Of a stretch of 64,000 nt of DNA, positions 62,026 through 64,000 are shown in pieces. Source of the DNA: Chlorokybus atmophyticus (taxonomy: Eukaryota > Plantae > Mesostigma and Chlorokybus algae). The DNA lies in assembly GCA_009103225.1 (NCBI GenBank), contig RHPI01000818.1, forward strand, positions 186,001-250,000, written 5' to 3'. The position numbers were made by a program, and so were the translations under genes. Below the pieces are notes generated by a model that did not search any database, was not told the DNA's origin, and saw only the letters and a list, made by a program, of their open reading frames with translations. How positions within the stretch are numbered: the first letter of the stretch is position 1; each line of letters begins with the position of its first letter.

Positions 62026-64000
62026 ATGGCGGCGGCGGCGGTGGGCGCGTTGGTGGTGGGCGCCGGGGTGAGAGGGATTGCAGCGGAGGGGCTTTCAGCT
62101 TCCGGGAGGCGGCAGGGTGTTCAGAGAGTGGCTGCGCAGGAGAGAGGGGCGTTCTGGGGTTGCCAGCAGGTGGTGCTAGGGTTGCATGCGTGCGGCGGTA
62201 GCAAAAGCAGGAGGCGGCGGCGGCGGGCTGGGCCGGCTGCGGTGAGCGCTGTGCTGCTGGAGAATGACGTGGACGCTAGCACCTCCTCGTCTGGCAACGG
62301 TGCCACAAGCAATGGCAACGGTTCCGACGTCGTCACGCCGCCCTCCCGAACCTCAGGACGCAAGGCTGCAGGCACCAAGGGTGCTTCGTCTGTCAGCTCA
62401 GGAATCAAGCTGGAGAAGGTTTGTGCTTGTGCTACTTAGCTATACAGTGTGTTTGTAACCAATTCAGCTCAAGTTCCGCGCTGGTGAAGAATTCAAGCTC
62501 CAGACTAATTTGTTTTAATCATGCGTGTACCAGCGTGCAATCATTCATAATGCGATTTGCTTGCTGGGCAAATGCTGCAAGCTCTGCATACGTAGAGAAT
62601 ATCGTACGAATGCTTGCGCGCGCATACGCCGATTGCCTGGTTGTACATGGTCGCATAGAGATTGCATGTACACTGTTCCCTATGGCTGCGTACGACTTCA
62701 ACGTGTGCCTTGGGAGTAGGATGCCGTGGTTCAGGCTTTATGTCGTGTATGTAGATTGTGTCATGCACATGTGGTGAACTATGTGCGCAACAAGTCTGTC
62801 TATTGGTGCATGTGCATGCATGCCATGAGAATTGGTAGTTGCAACTGCCGCAGCATGTACGAGTGCATCTGCGAAACTCCCCAAGCCAAGTACTGATTGA
62901 TGAGTGTGCAGTGCGGTGCTTCGTATTCGTAGATACTCGTGTGGTTGTACATCCGGTAGTCTCAATTGCTTGGCCGATGTCTGTTGCATGTCTTGCTGCA
63001 TAAACAGCGTCAGGCTGCCGTGATGACTACACTTGATCAATAGTCGCCATCTGTTGTGTCACTCTCATCAACTCCCCCCCNNNNNNNNNNNNNNNNNNNN
63101 NNNNNNNNNNNNNNNNNNNNNNNNNNNNNNNNNNNNNNNNNNNNNNNNNNNNNNNNNNNNNNNNNNNNNNNNNNNNNNNNNNNNNCCCCCCCCCCCCCCC
63201 CCCCCCCCCCTACCCCACCAGGACAGTCTCTTTGATCCAGCATGACATTTGTCGTAGATTGAACTTGATTGGCACGCAGGTCAGCAAAACCTTCAAGAAC
63301 GCACAGGTTCTTAAGGATGTTTCCTGGGAGGTGAAAAAAGGTGAGCGTGTTGGCTTGGTTGGAGTCAATGGCGCTGGCAAGACAACACAACTCAAGATCA
63401 TTGCTGGTCTTATGGAACCCGATGATGGCGAGGTGCGGTAGAAGCTAGGCCTTGCATGGAGACACTCAACAGGCTGGTACTAAGATCATGTGCTTGTCCT
63501 TGACAGGTTATCAGAGCCAATAACCGCATGCAAATCGCATACCTGACGCAAGAGTTTGACGTGGTACCCACGCGCACTGTGCGAGAAGAGTTCATGAGTG
63601 CGTTTGCAGAGCAACTCGCTGTCCAGAAGGAGATTGAAGAAGTGCAAGTGGGCATTGAGAATGCTACCGAAGACATGGATCTGCTGACACAGCTGTTGGA
63701 TAGGCTGGACGTGTTGCAGCGAAAGGCAGAGTCGGTTGACTTGTACAGCATGGACAAATTCATAGACAAGATGATGCCCAGTTTAGGTTTCACCTCTGAA
63801 GACAATGATCGGTTAGTGGCGTCCTTCAGTGGGGGTTGGCAGATGCGGATGTCCTTAGGAAAGGTATGCAGCGTGCACTGATCGTTATGTGTTGCTGTGG
63901 TTGTCTGGCCTATTCAATAGCATGCATTGGTGCTGCCAGATATTGCTACAAGAGCCAGACCTTTTGCTACTTGATGAGCCTACGAACCATCTGGACCTGG
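62026..64000 (+). CDS. ABCF5: Chloroplast ABC-F protein (ABCF5/ABCF2-like, EttA-related), truncated by the window end
   Basis: Transit peptide, then SSVSSGIKLEK/VSKTFK..VLKDVSWEVKKGERVGLVGVNGAGKTTQL (Walker A), FSGGWQMRMSLGK (signature) and LLLDEPTNHLDL (Walker B). Confidence 0.93.
63081..63185. other. Assembly gap (105 N) inside a poly-C run in ABCF intron 1
   Basis: Directly visible. Confidence 1.

Overview
Eukaryotic, gene-dense, intron-rich nuclear DNA (GT-AG introns rich in alternating purine/pyrimidine tracts; two N gaps). The gene set consists of plant-type families: class III secretory peroxidase, ATI1/2-like, RLF, ACD31.2, ERD7, ATXR7, plant mitochondrial ATP synthase 6 kDa subunit, Ycf33, FtsH2 and ABCF5. 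Together with the alga-like intron composition, this points to a streptophyte green alga or similar early-diverging plant lineage (inference). About 17 spliced genes or gene fragments can be assembled by hand, plus two candidate small spliced ORFs. No CRISPR array, rRNA, intact tRNA or intact transposon was seen. The strongest lead is a group II PLP-dependent aromatic amino acid decarboxylase (59082-61784, minus) with two active-site substitutions. The catalytic-loop Tyr is Phe, the known plant aldehyde-synthase switch. The PLP-stacking His is also Phe (SDHGFPS instead of SDQTHS), a substitution I do not recognise from characterised enzymes. Other leads are a class III peroxidase with altered distal-pocket residues, a YdjM-like metal-binding motif set in a conserved plant membrane protein, an ATXR7 with three GYF-like modules and duplicated PPGF motifs, and several perfect hairpins. 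Exon boundaries and family assignments were made by eye and from recalled sequences; no searches were run.
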